Shown here in pieces: positions 18,891-27,348 of a stretch of DNA of 64,000 nucleotides (the first letter of the stretch is position 1; every line of letters starts with the position of its first letter). Location: positions 47,070 through 111,069 of the forward strand of contig CAZLGP010000143.1 of assembly GCA_964558905.1 (NCBI GenBank), read 5' to 3'. Source of the DNA: an uncultured Thermoanaerobaculia bacterium (GTDB lineage: Bacteria > Acidobacteriota > Thermoanaerobaculia > Gp7-AA8). The position numbers and the translations under genes were made by a program. The notes below the pieces were generated by a model. That model was not told the DNA's origin, did no database searches, and was given only the letters and a program-made list of their open reading frames with translations.

Positions 18891-21800
18891 TTAGCGTTTC
18901 CAGGTTCCTTGCGGGTCACCGTGCAGCGTGAACGCGGCCCAGTACTTCGGATCGCTGAACCGCTCGCTCTTTTTTACCGCGAGCTGTGCCTGACGTAACG
19001 CGTCCGCCGCGTGCTCGCCTGCCGCGAGGCGGCGATAGAACTCGTTCATCAGACCCGCGGACGCCGCGTCGTCGATGTTCCAGAGCGTGGACAGCACGCC
19101 CGGCGTGCCGGCGTAAAGCAACGCCCGCGTGAGCCCCACGACTTCGTCGCCTCCGCTGCGTGCACCGATGGCGGTGCGACAGGCGGAGAGCACGACGAGA
19201 TTCACGCCGGACAGGTCGAGCGACGACAGGATCTCGTCGACGGTGAGGCTTCCGTCCTGGGAATCACCTGCGGCCAAAGCCACGCGGCTGAAGAGAGGAT
19301 TATCTGCGTCGTAGATCCCGTGCGCGGCGAGATGCACGAGATCGACTTTACCGTCCAGGCCATAGAGCAGCGACTCTCGCGCGTCTACGCCCAGGTGCGG
19401 CGTGGCGTCGAGAACTCCGGCGATTGCGTTTGCTTCGCGTTCTGCGCCCGGAAGCTTTCGCAGCCCCGGCAGAGGACTCGCCGGGTCGCCGAGGATGAGC
19501 GCAGAGCCGGTGACGGGCGTCTCCTTCGCACGTAGGAAGCGCAGCACGCTGACGCTCGGAGCGTAGATGAGCGTGTAGTCGTCGACGAGGTCGTGACCGG
19601 TCTCCTTGTTCCGCAGCGCCGCGAATGGCACGTAGTGCAGGACGCCGTGCGGCACGAGGATGAGCTTCGACGTCTTGATCTGCTTCGTGAATGGGGCGAT
19701 GAGCTGGTCGTAGGCCTGCTGCGCCGTTGCTGCCTCGCCGCAGAAACTCGGCAGCGTGACGCCGCGAGCGTCGCGATGGGAGCTGAACTGATCGGCCCAG
19801 CAGACGATGCGGCTCAGGGCCGGCGCGTCGATGGGCAGCAGCGCGTAACGGGTCTCGTTGCGGTCGATCGCCCAGGCGTGTACGTTCGTCGAGGTGACGA
19901 AGTAGCTGATGACCGTTGTGTCGGCGGAAATCTCCTGACGGACCGCGTCGATCCCCAGCGGCTCGACGGTCGTCAGCGCGGCGTACTCGGGGTTCGATGT
20001 CTTCACGCGAGTCATGACCGTGGCATACCGGTCGCGCTCGAGTTTGATGTCATCGGCGATCCGCCGCACATCGGCCGGCGCAGCGGTGTTGAGCTGCCGC
20101 TCGCGCTCGATGAGATCGGTGCGTAGTGCTTCGGCCTCCCGCACGAGACGCGGGTCGGCGCCGCGCTCGGCGTTCAGGCGGTGATTTCCGACGAGCTGCA
20201 GAAATGCGCGGGCGCGGGCGCGCTCCGCCTGCGCGAACGCTTCCTCGACCTTTCCGTCGCTCGCCAGCATCTGGACGAGCATCTCGAAGTACACCCGCCG
20301 GCTGCTGCCGAGATAGTTGGTGAGGTGTTCCTCCACCTTGACGTCGCTAGCCGAAGCCTCGAGCGTCTTCGCCGCATCCTTGAAGAAGCGCACGCCTTGG
20401 TCGCGGTTGCCTTCTCTCCAGTGAGTGACGCCGATGAGCGCGAGCAGGCCCGCGCGAATGTCGCCTCCCGGAACTGACGCCAGTGCCGCGGTGAGAGTGC
20501 GACGCGCTGCTGCATTCTCGTTGCGCGCAAGCTGCAGCCTCCCTTGCAGCATGAGCGGCATCCATCGCGCCATCTGCGGCAGATGCGTGTCGCCGGCAGT
20601 CGGCGGAGCGCCAGGCTCACCCTTGGCCAGCCGCGCAACCTCGCGGAGGATCTCCGGCATGTTTCCTAGTCCTAGCGTCTGCGTGTCCGGCAGGTCGCGG
20701 AACGCCTGGAGCGCCGCCTCGAAGTCCTCCGGCCTGCTCGGGCCGCTGCTGACGGATTCGAACGAGGCGATGAGATCGATCATCACCTCGGCGAGCTTGA
20801 AGCCGCTCTTCTTCGCCAGCGCGCGTGCATTCTCGATGGCCTGCGCCAGCGTGTCGCCGCCGCCGAGCATCATGTACACCTCGGCCAGCATGACCCACGT
20901 CGTCGATTCGAGGAGAGGCGCGTTGCTGGTCTGGTACAACGCTACGGCACTCTCCAGATATTTGGCCGCGGTGCCGTAGGTGCCCTTGAAGTAATGCAGC
21001 GTTCCGATGCCGGTGTGGAGCGATGCCTGCGCACCGGTGTCGCCGTTCGCCACCGCCATCCGCAATGCTCCTTCGAACTGCGCCAGCGCCTCTTCGGACC
21101 GGCCGGCCTTGTGCAGCAGATCGCCGCGCGTCTCGAGGATCTCCAGCTCCTTCTTCTTGTTTCCGGCGGCGCGGGCCGCGGTCAGCGCCCGCTGGTTCCA
21201 CTCCAGCCCTTCGTCGGTCCGGCCGCTGAGAATCTCGAGCTCCGCGAGCTTGCCGTACACCTTCATCTCGAGGAGAGGCTCCGGCGCGCGGATCAGGCCC
21301 TGGAGCGCTTTGGCGCCCTCGAGCGCTTTCAGGTATTGCTCGCGCGCCTCGTCCAGACGCCATTGCATCTGTCGCAACTCGCCCAGATGAGAGCCGATGG
21401 CGAAGTCGTGAAAACCGCCGAACAACTTCGATCCCGACGCAGCTTGCGTGAGCAGGGCCTCGGCTTTCGTGAGATCGCGTCCCGCATCGATGAGCGTGTG
21501 CGCGTAGGTGTCGGTGGCGATGACACTCATGAACTGCAGCAGGATCGGCTTGAAGAGTTGCGCTTGTCCGGCCATCGACTCGAGCATGTGCGTCGGCGCG
21601 CCGAAGACCGTTCCCAGAACCTCGAGCGTGTCGATCGAGAACGGCGCGGACGGGTCTGCGGCTTTGACGAGCACCGCCTGCGCGCGCTCGTGCACCGCAA
21701 TGGCGTCGTCCCATCGTCCCTCTCCGCTCTCGAGCTTCCCGCGAACGAAGAGGCTCATGGACGCGCCGAAGAAATCGCCGAGCGCTGTGTACTTGTCCTC

Positions 21801-22064
21801 AGCCTGCTGGAGCTCGGCCCGGGCGTTCGTTTCGTCGCCCAGCGTGAGGTCCGTCATGCCAAGCAACAGCCACAGTCCGGCCTCGGCGGATGCGTTCTTC
21901 TGCGCGAGGGCTTCGTCGCGCATCGCGAGAATCCGATGGCGCGCCTCGACCGCCTGTCCGGTCATGAGGAGCTGGCCGAGCTCCGCAAGCGAGTCCTTCT
22001 GCGCGGCCGCGGAGACGGAGCAAAGAAGCAACGCGGCACACGCCGCGGCGCGAAAACGAGTCAT
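18891..22064 (-). CDS. Exported TPR + CHAT-domain protease
   Basis: Signal peptide MTRFRAAACAALLLCSVSAAAQ; TPR-like helical repeats; CHAT motifs PHGVLHYVPF, HLAAHG, LSAC, STLWNIDD, YWAAF; ATGA overlap with the caspase gene. Confidence 0.9.
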   Translation of the reverse strand: MTRFRAAACAALLLCSVSAAAQKDSLAELGQLLMTGQAVEARHRILAMRDEALAQKNASAEAGLWLLLGMTDLTLGDETNARAELQQAEDKYTALGDFFGASMSLFVRGKLESGEGRWDDAIAVHERAQAVLVKAADPSAPFSIDTLEVLGTVFGAPTHMLESMAGQAQLFKPILLQFMSVIATDTYAHTLIDAGRDLTKAEALLTQAASGSKLFGGFHDFAIGSHLGELRQMQWRLDEAREQYLKALEGAKALQGLIRAPEPLLEMKVYGKLAELEILSGRTDEGLEWNQRALTAARAAGNKKKELEILETRGDLLHKAGRSEEALAQFEGALRMAVANGDTGAQASLHTGIGTLHYFKGTYGTAAKYLESAVALYQTSNAPLLESTTWVMLAEVYMMLGGGDTLAQAIENARALAKKSGFKLAEVMIDLIASFESVSSGPSRPEDFEAALQAFRDLPDTQTLGLGNMPEILREVARLAKGEPGAPPTAGDTHLPQMARWMPLMLQGRLQLARNENAAARRTLTAALASVPGGDIRAGLLALIGVTHWREGNRDQGVRFFKDAAKTLEASASDVKVEEHLTNYLGSSRRVYFEMLVQMLASDGKVEEAFAQAERARARAFLQLVGNHRLNAERGADPRLVREAEALRTDLIERERQLNTAAPADVRRIADDIKLERDRYATVMTRVKTSNPEYAALTTVEPLGIDAVRQEISADTTVISYFVTSTNVHAWAIDRNETRYALLPIDAPALSRIVCWADQFSSHRDARGVTLPSFCGEAATAQQAYDQLIAPFTKQIKTSKLILVPHGVLHYVPFAALRNKETGHDLVDDYTLIYAPSVSVLRFLRAKETPVTGSALILGDPASPLPGLRKLPGAEREANAIAGVLDATPHLGVDARESLLYGLDGKVDLVHLAAHGIYDADNPLFSRVALAAGDSQDGSLTVDEILSSLDLSGVNLVVLSACRTAIGARSGGDEVVGLTRALLYAGTPGVLSTLWNIDDAASAGLMNEFYRRLAAGEHAADALRQAQLAVKKSERFSDPKYWAAFTLHGDPQGTWKR

Positions 22065-24313
22065 GGTTGCGGTCTCCGCGGCGGAACCGAGTGAAAGGTC
22101 ACCCTCTCGAGCGACCAGTTGGTCGAGATGCGGATCGGCGGGTCGTTCGGACCGCCGCGCGTTCCCGACAGAGTGCGCGCGAGCAAACGCTCCAGTGGCG
22201 TCGGCGTCTGCCGACCCCCACTCCGCTTGTCCGCGGCTCGTACGCCGGACCACTCCAGACTCCCGAACGCAGGTAACGGCACGTCCGTCGAGAGCAGAAA
22301 GTAGGTGTCGGTTCCGTACGGCGCCGCGACGGTAAACGGCTCGGACTCGTTGAGCGGGATCTCAGCCTCCGCGTTGCGCACCGCCTTCGCGGCCGTCCGG
22401 GTCAGGGGCAGACGGTTCTCGACCGAGCCGGCGGTTGCGCGCGGAAAGAGCAGCGTGCTCGTGCCGGCGCTGTCGATGACGAACGCGTAGATGAAACGCG
22501 TGTAGACCTCGGTCGGGGCAGTGGGCTTGGCGCGCAGCACTAGATAGTGCCGGCGCTCGCCGAGGAGCACGCCGTCTTCGATGAGGACGTGATCGTCTGC
22601 TCTGCGAATGCCGAGGGTGTAATGGCTCGCGGCGCCAACCGGAGACGTCAGTTCGTGCCATCCATGAATGCGTTGCAGTCGCGTGAGTGCATCCTCGAGC
22701 AGGAACGACGATTCGGCTTTCGTCCACGCCGTGCGCACCGGCAGAGCGGCGCGGGTGGCATCGCTCGCGGAGACGTGAGGACGGATGAACGAGTATTCGG
22801 CGCCTTTCGCCGTGAGGCGTCCGGCGAGGACGTAGTCGGCGGTCTCCGGCCCCTGGGTGACCTCGATGCCTTCGACCACTGCGATTTGCGAGGCGAGCTT
22901 CGCCGGCACCGGCAGCTGCACGAAGACCGAGCTGCCGGAGCCGATTCCGTCCAGCGGCGTTGCCGTTCGCCGCGTACGGCCATCCGCGAACACTTCCCAT
23001 CCGCCGTCGCGCCAGCGGATGAGGTGCGTCGCCGTGGCCTCCGTGGGATCGGCGATCCAGGAGACGTCGTGTGCCGCTGCCGCCTCGCGCAGCTTTCGCG
23101 CGAGGCCGGAAGCGTCGTCCTCGGCGCGAGGAATCCAAATCCGCAAGGGTGTCGTAGGCGGCGGCGCCCACGCGGAGATCTCGAGCAGCGTTCCGGCGCC
23201 GAGAGGAGTGCGTGAGCGCGCCGGCGCCGAGGAGACCAGCCGGGCCACGGAGCTCGAGATTCCGGTGATCGACTCCACTTCGAGCCGCACGTCGGGATTG
23301 CCCGTCACGCGCAGCTCGCTGCCCGCGGTCACGCCGTTCGCCCAGCCGCCTCGTAGCTCGTACAATCCGTCCGGCCGGATCTTCTGGATTGCGATCACCG
23401 GGCGACGGTTCTGCCGGTCGATGCGCTTGCCGAGGAACGGACGGAGACGGACGGCGGGCGTTCCGGCAAGAACAGGATCCTGTCCCGGCCCACTGACGCT
23501 GAGTCGCGCCTCGATCCGGAGAAACGTGTCGCTCACCGGCTCGCCGCGCTCCGCGTCCTTCAGCGCGCGCGCGAGCGCCCATGTGAACGCACCACGGATC
23601 AAGCCGTCCGATGCGGGGATCTCATAGGCCCGGTCGAAATCCTGCGTTGCGGCCAGGACCAAGGCGCCACGGTTCTCGGGGTGTGGTGGGTTGGATGGAT
23701 CTGCGACATCGCGTTCATCCGGCTTCACGCCTCGAGCAACCAGCCCGGCCTCGAGACCGGCACGTGTTCCCGATCCGCTATGGCACGTGTCGAGGACGAC
23801 GGTCAGCTTCGCGCCTCGATCGAGGATCTTGTTGAAGATCTTGCGCAGATCTTTGTCCCGAATGTCCTCGGCGCCGAGGCGGGAGTCTGCGGGAACGAGA
23901 GACTCGTCGAGCTTGTCCTTCTCCGGCGAAAGCGAGTTGCTCACCTGCGAGCCGTGGCCGGAGTAGTAGAAGAGAACGACGTCGTCCTTGCGCACGCTCG
24001 CCTCGAGGCGCTTCAGCTCGCGAAGAACGCCGCTTCGCGTTGCCTGCTGATCGGTGAGGATGACCATGTCCTCGCGTTTGAAGCCGTACGTCGGGCCGAG
24101 AAGATCGCGCATCAGGTGCACGTCGTTGATCGTGCCTGCGAGGTTAGGCCACTCGCGCCCCGCCGCCGGAGCTCGCGAGCTCTCCGGCTTCAGCGTCGAG
24201 GCGCTGTAGTCGTTGATGCCGACAAGGAGGGCGTGCTTGCGCGCCGCCTCCGCATGCACCGTGAGGATCAAAAGCGTGGACAGCGCCGCGAGAACAGACT
24301 TTCGGCTTCGCAT
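22061..24313 (-). CDS. Exported caspase-family (Peptidase C14) protein with C-terminal DUF4384-like domain
   Basis: Signal peptide; ALLVGINDY, YYSGHG, LDTCHSG; C-terminal FIYAFVIDSAGTSTLLFP...PYGTDTYFLLST. Confidence 0.9.
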   Translation of the reverse strand: MRSRKSVLAALSTLLILTVHAEAARKHALLVGINDYSASTLKPESSRAPAAGREWPNLAGTINDVHLMRDLLGPTYGFKREDMVILTDQQATRSGVLRELKRLEASVRKDDVVLFYYSGHGSQVSNSLSPEKDKLDESLVPADSRLGAEDIRDKDLRKIFNKILDRGAKLTVVLDTCHSGSGTRAGLEAGLVARGVKPDERDVADPSNPPHPENRGALVLAATQDFDRAYEIPASDGLIRGAFTWALARALKDAERGEPVSDTFLRIEARLSVSGPGQDPVLAGTPAVRLRPFLGKRIDRQNRRPVIAIQKIRPDGLYELRGGWANGVTAGSELRVTGNPDVRLEVESITGISSSVARLVSSAPARSRTPLGAGTLLEISAWAPPPTTPLRIWIPRAEDDASGLARKLREAAAAHDVSWIADPTEATATHLIRWRDGGWEVFADGRTRRTATPLDGIGSGSSVFVQLPVPAKLASQIAVVEGIEVTQGPETADYVLAGRLTAKGAEYSFIRPHVSASDATRAALPVRTAWTKAESSFLLEDALTRLQRIHGWHELTSPVGAASHYTLGIRRADDHVLIEDGVLLGERRHYLVLRAKPTAPTEVYTRFIYAFVIDSAGTSTLLFPRATAGSVENRLPLTRTAAKAVRNAEAEIPLNESEPFTVAAPYGTDTYFLLSTDVPLPAFGSLEWSGVRAADKRSGGRQTPTPLERLLARTLSGTRGGPNDPPIRISTNWSLERVTFHSVPPRRPQP

Positions 24314-24351
24314 CGTGTCTGTATGGACACGAGACGAAGGGAGATGTTGTC

Positions 24352-26232
24352 ATGCAATTCCGTTGGGCACGAATGCTCTTCGTGTTCGGATGGTGCCTCG
24401 CCGGGGAAGGTGCGGCCGCTCAGAACATTCGCTCAGTGCGGCTGCCCGAAGCGGCGCCGCCGGAAATGCCGCGATCGTTCGACTCTTCGCAATCGGCTGC
24501 GATGTTCGTCGGGATCCGCGACTTCACGCACGATGCGGATCTCGAGAAAGTCCGCTATGCAGTGGACGACGCCATCGACCTTGCGTATGCAGTGTCGCTC
24601 GATCGCACGGTGCCGCTCGTGGCACCCGAGCGCATCGCCCTCGCACTCTCGGGCGAGCCACAGAAGGAAGCTTCCCGCCGCCGCCTGAAAAGGCTGACCG
24701 AACGCGGCGCGATCACCCATCCGGCTGGACAGACCGACATCGTCCAACTCATGGAGCAGCAGGCGAAGCGGGTGGGTAAGAAGGGTATTCTCATCGTCGG
24801 AATTGCGACCCACGGCTTCAGCGATGACGGCCTACATTACCTGATCGCATCGAACTCCCTGCTCCGTTATCGCGATTCTGCAGTGGCGACGCACAAGCTC
24901 CTCGACATTGCCGCTCGGTCCGGAGCGCCGCGCGCGCTCGTCTTTCTGGATGCGTGCCGGTCGCGTCTCACGGTCGGTGCGACGCGTGGCATCGACGAGA
25001 TCGACGATCGCTCGGCCGCGCCATTGGTCGATGGGCTCGCGCACTCCGCGGGCCAGATCATCTTCTACGCCGCTGCGCCAGGCGATTACGCGTACGATGA
25101 TGACAACCGACAGAACGGTGTCTTCACGGCCGCGTTGCTCGATGGCCTACATTGTGGAGCCGCGGCGGACGAAGAGGGGCTCGTCACTACGGATGCCCTC
25201 GCGGAATATGTCGGAGAGCGTGTCCGCGACTGGGTGCAGGCTCACCGCCACCGGACGGTCGCGCAGGGGATTCAGGCGACGGGAGGCAGCCGCATGCCCG
25301 TCGCGATGTGTGCTCCCTCGGCCGCGCCGACGCGTCCGCGGACCGTGCGGTTGCCGGGGCAGGCGGAGATTCAGGCTCTTCTGGATCGACTCCAGCTTTT
25401 CGCCGACGGCAGGCCTGCGACCGTGCAATCGGCAGGGACCATGTTCAGCGTCCTGAACGCCGCCGGCCTGCCGCTGTGGGGAACCGCCCTACGAGGCGAG
25501 ATCGCGCAGGCCGAGGTGCAGGACCTCGACGGCGACGGCACGAATGAGATCATCGTCGGAGTCGCAGGCGTCGGGGACGACGTCGGCAAAGTGCTGGTTT
25601 ACGACAGCGGCGGGAAGCTGCGCTGGTCGGCCGACACGACGACGACCTTCAATTACGACTCAGCGCGCAGTGGACGTCTCGCCGTGCGGGCATTCGCCAG
25701 CGGCGATCTGTATCGCACTGGCCGCCGGCAGATCGTGGTGCTCACGCTCGACTCTCAGGGGTGGTATCCATCACGGCTCTGCATCTTCGACGTCGACGGG
25801 GAATTGCTCGCTTCGTACTGGCATCCGGGGCATCTGAGTCGCGTTCTGATCGCTCAAGCTTCCGAGCATGAACCGCCGTGCATCATCGTGAGCGGCGTGA
25901 ACAACGATCTTGCCGCTCTGCTGGGCCTGGAGGGCTACGTCAGCACGGTGTTCGTGCTCGATCCCGCAGCGGTCACTGGCGAGGCTCCGCCGTACTTCGG
26001 TCGGTCGACGAAAGGATCGCAGCTCTGGTACGGCATCCTTGTTCCAACCCGGAACGTCGTCGAGCGGATGGAGATCGTCGACTTCGATCAGGACGGCCGC
26101 AATGAGATCTCGGTGTGGACGTCCTCGCGGAGCGTGTTCTATCTCTCGTTCGACGGCATGGTGCAGCGCGTGGCACGCTCGGACGGTGCGAGCGCGGGCG
26201 AGAGCGCTCGGTTCCACCTCGTGCGGGATTGA
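24352..26232 (+). CDS. Exported caspase-family protein with C-terminal FG-GAP/VCBS-like repeats
   Basis: Signal-like N-terminus; FVGIRDF, IATHG, FLDACRS, GVFTAALLDGL; DLDGDGTNEIIVG and DFDQDGRNEI; GGGAG ribosome-binding site. Confidence 0.85.
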   Translation: MQFRWARMLFVFGWCLAGEGAAAQNIRSVRLPEAAPPEMPRSFDSSQSAAMFVGIRDFTHDADLEKVRYAVDDAIDLAYAVSLDRTVPLVAPERIALALSGEPQKEASRRRLKRLTERGAITHPAGQTDIVQLMEQQAKRVGKKGILIVGIATHGFSDDGLHYLIASNSLLRYRDSAVATHKLLDIAARSGAPRALVFLDACRSRLTVGATRGIDEIDDRSAAPLVDGLAHSAGQIIFYAAAPGDYAYDDDNRQNGVFTAALLDGLHCGAAADEEGLVTTDALAEYVGERVRDWVQAHRHRTVAQGIQATGGSRMPVAMCAPSAAPTRPRTVRLPGQAEIQALLDRLQLFADGRPATVQSAGTMFSVLNAAGLPLWGTALRGEIAQAEVQDLDGDGTNEIIVGVAGVGDDVGKVLVYDSGGKLRWSADTTTTFNYDSARSGRLAVRAFASGDLYRTGRRQIVVLTLDSQGWYPSRLCIFDVDGELLASYWHPGHLSRVLIAQASEHEPPCIIVSGVNNDLAALLGLEGYVSTVFVLDPAAVTGEAPPYFGRSTKGSQLWYGILVPTRNVVERMEIVDFDQDGRNEISVWTSSRSVFYLSFDGMVQRVARSDGASAGESARFHLVRD

Positions 26233-26274
26233 GCTGTGGCCCCCCTGCAGCGGAGCCACAGCTCACGGCGAAGT

Positions 26275-27342
26275 CTAGTCCGTGATGATCGGGCAGATCG
26301 CGAGGTCATACGGACCTTTGCCTCGCGGGTTGAGGCCGAGCTGCTCGAGCAGTTCCGACGACCATCCCTGTTTCGGATGGAGAGAGTTCCAGTCGATTTG
26401 CGGCTCGGACGGGGACGGTGTCGTCGTGCGGTGCGGCACGAGGCGCGCGGCGTACGCCGGTGGCCGTTTCACGAGGTCGTAGAAGACCTGGAAGTGCTGG
26501 CCCGGCAGAGGCTCGGGAGCAGGAGCGGCGGGGTCGGGCTCCTCGTACGGCGGAAGGTTGAGGAGGGCGATCTCGACGACGCCGTTCACCGGATGCAGCT
26601 TCATCGCGCGCTGCTTCGAGCTGTCGTTGAAGTTCTGATCGATGATGTCCACGGAGTCGCCGGGCACGCGAATCTCTGCGGCCACCCAGTTCGCGACCGC
26701 CTGCGCGTACGGCGCGTCGGGCGCGTCGCCCAATGCCTTCCGGAAGTGTACGGGCAGCGCTTTGGAGTCGATCTTTACGAGCGAGTAGGTGAAGAGCTTT
26801 CCACTGCGCAGTTTGAGCCGTGCGGCGACGGTGCAGCCCGGAGGCGGTTCGGCGAGTGTGAGTGACTCCTTGAAGCCGTTCGATTCCGGCGCGATCTCGC
26901 TCAGGTCCGGAACCCAGGTGAAATCCTCCCGCTCCGCGGCTGTCCGCGGTACGGGGAGCAATGCGCCGTTGTCATCGCGACCTCGGACGCCGATTCGGAC
27001 GGCCAGCGGCTCGACCGGGCCGGCAAGCGTCAGATCGGAGCCCGACAGCGCCCACGCTCCGCCGCCCTGGAGAGCGTGGTTGAGCGAGGTTTCGGCCTGG
27101 CTGGCTGTTTTGTTGGCGAACAGATAGCCGGCGATCCCCTGTTTGTCGGGCGTCACGCACGTTCCTTCGCAGCGGCCCGCGCGCGCCAGGAGGATGGGAT
27201 AGTGATGCGGCAGTGTCGCACCGTCCGCGAGCGTGTACTCGTGCGGGGTATGGGCGAGGACGACATTCATCTCCGTGCCGTTGCTGTTCGGCACGAACGC
27301 GATGAGTCCACTGAAGAAAATTCGTAGAACGAATTCAGTCAT
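26275..27342 (-). CDS. Hypothetical protein (355 aa) coupled to the CHAT gene
   Basis: Coding-like codon usage; 6 bp downstream of the CHAT stop with AGGAG upstream; begins MTEFVLRIFFSGLIAFVP. Confidence 0.8.
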   Translation of the reverse strand: MTEFVLRIFFSGLIAFVPNSNGTEMNVVLAHTPHEYTLADGATLPHHYPILLARAGRCEGTCVTPDKQGIAGYLFANKTASQAETSLNHALQGGGAWALSGSDLTLAGPVEPLAVRIGVRGRDDNGALLPVPRTAAEREDFTWVPDLSEIAPESNGFKESLTLAEPPPGCTVAARLKLRSGKLFTYSLVKIDSKALPVHFRKALGDAPDAPYAQAVANWVAAEIRVPGDSVDIIDQNFNDSSKQRAMKLHPVNGVVEIALLNLPPYEEPDPAAPAPEPLPGQHFQVFYDLVKRPPAYAARLVPHRTTTPSPSEPQIDWNSLHPKQGWSSELLEQLGLNPRGKGPYDLAICPIITD

Positions 27343-27348
27343 GACCTC

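Noticed and set aside
26275-27342. Bacterial gasdermin next to CHAT/caspase proteases
   Set aside because: It lacks the N-terminal Cys-containing start typical of bacterial gasdermins, and I recognise no gasdermin-like sequence. A structure search would be needed to exclude it fully
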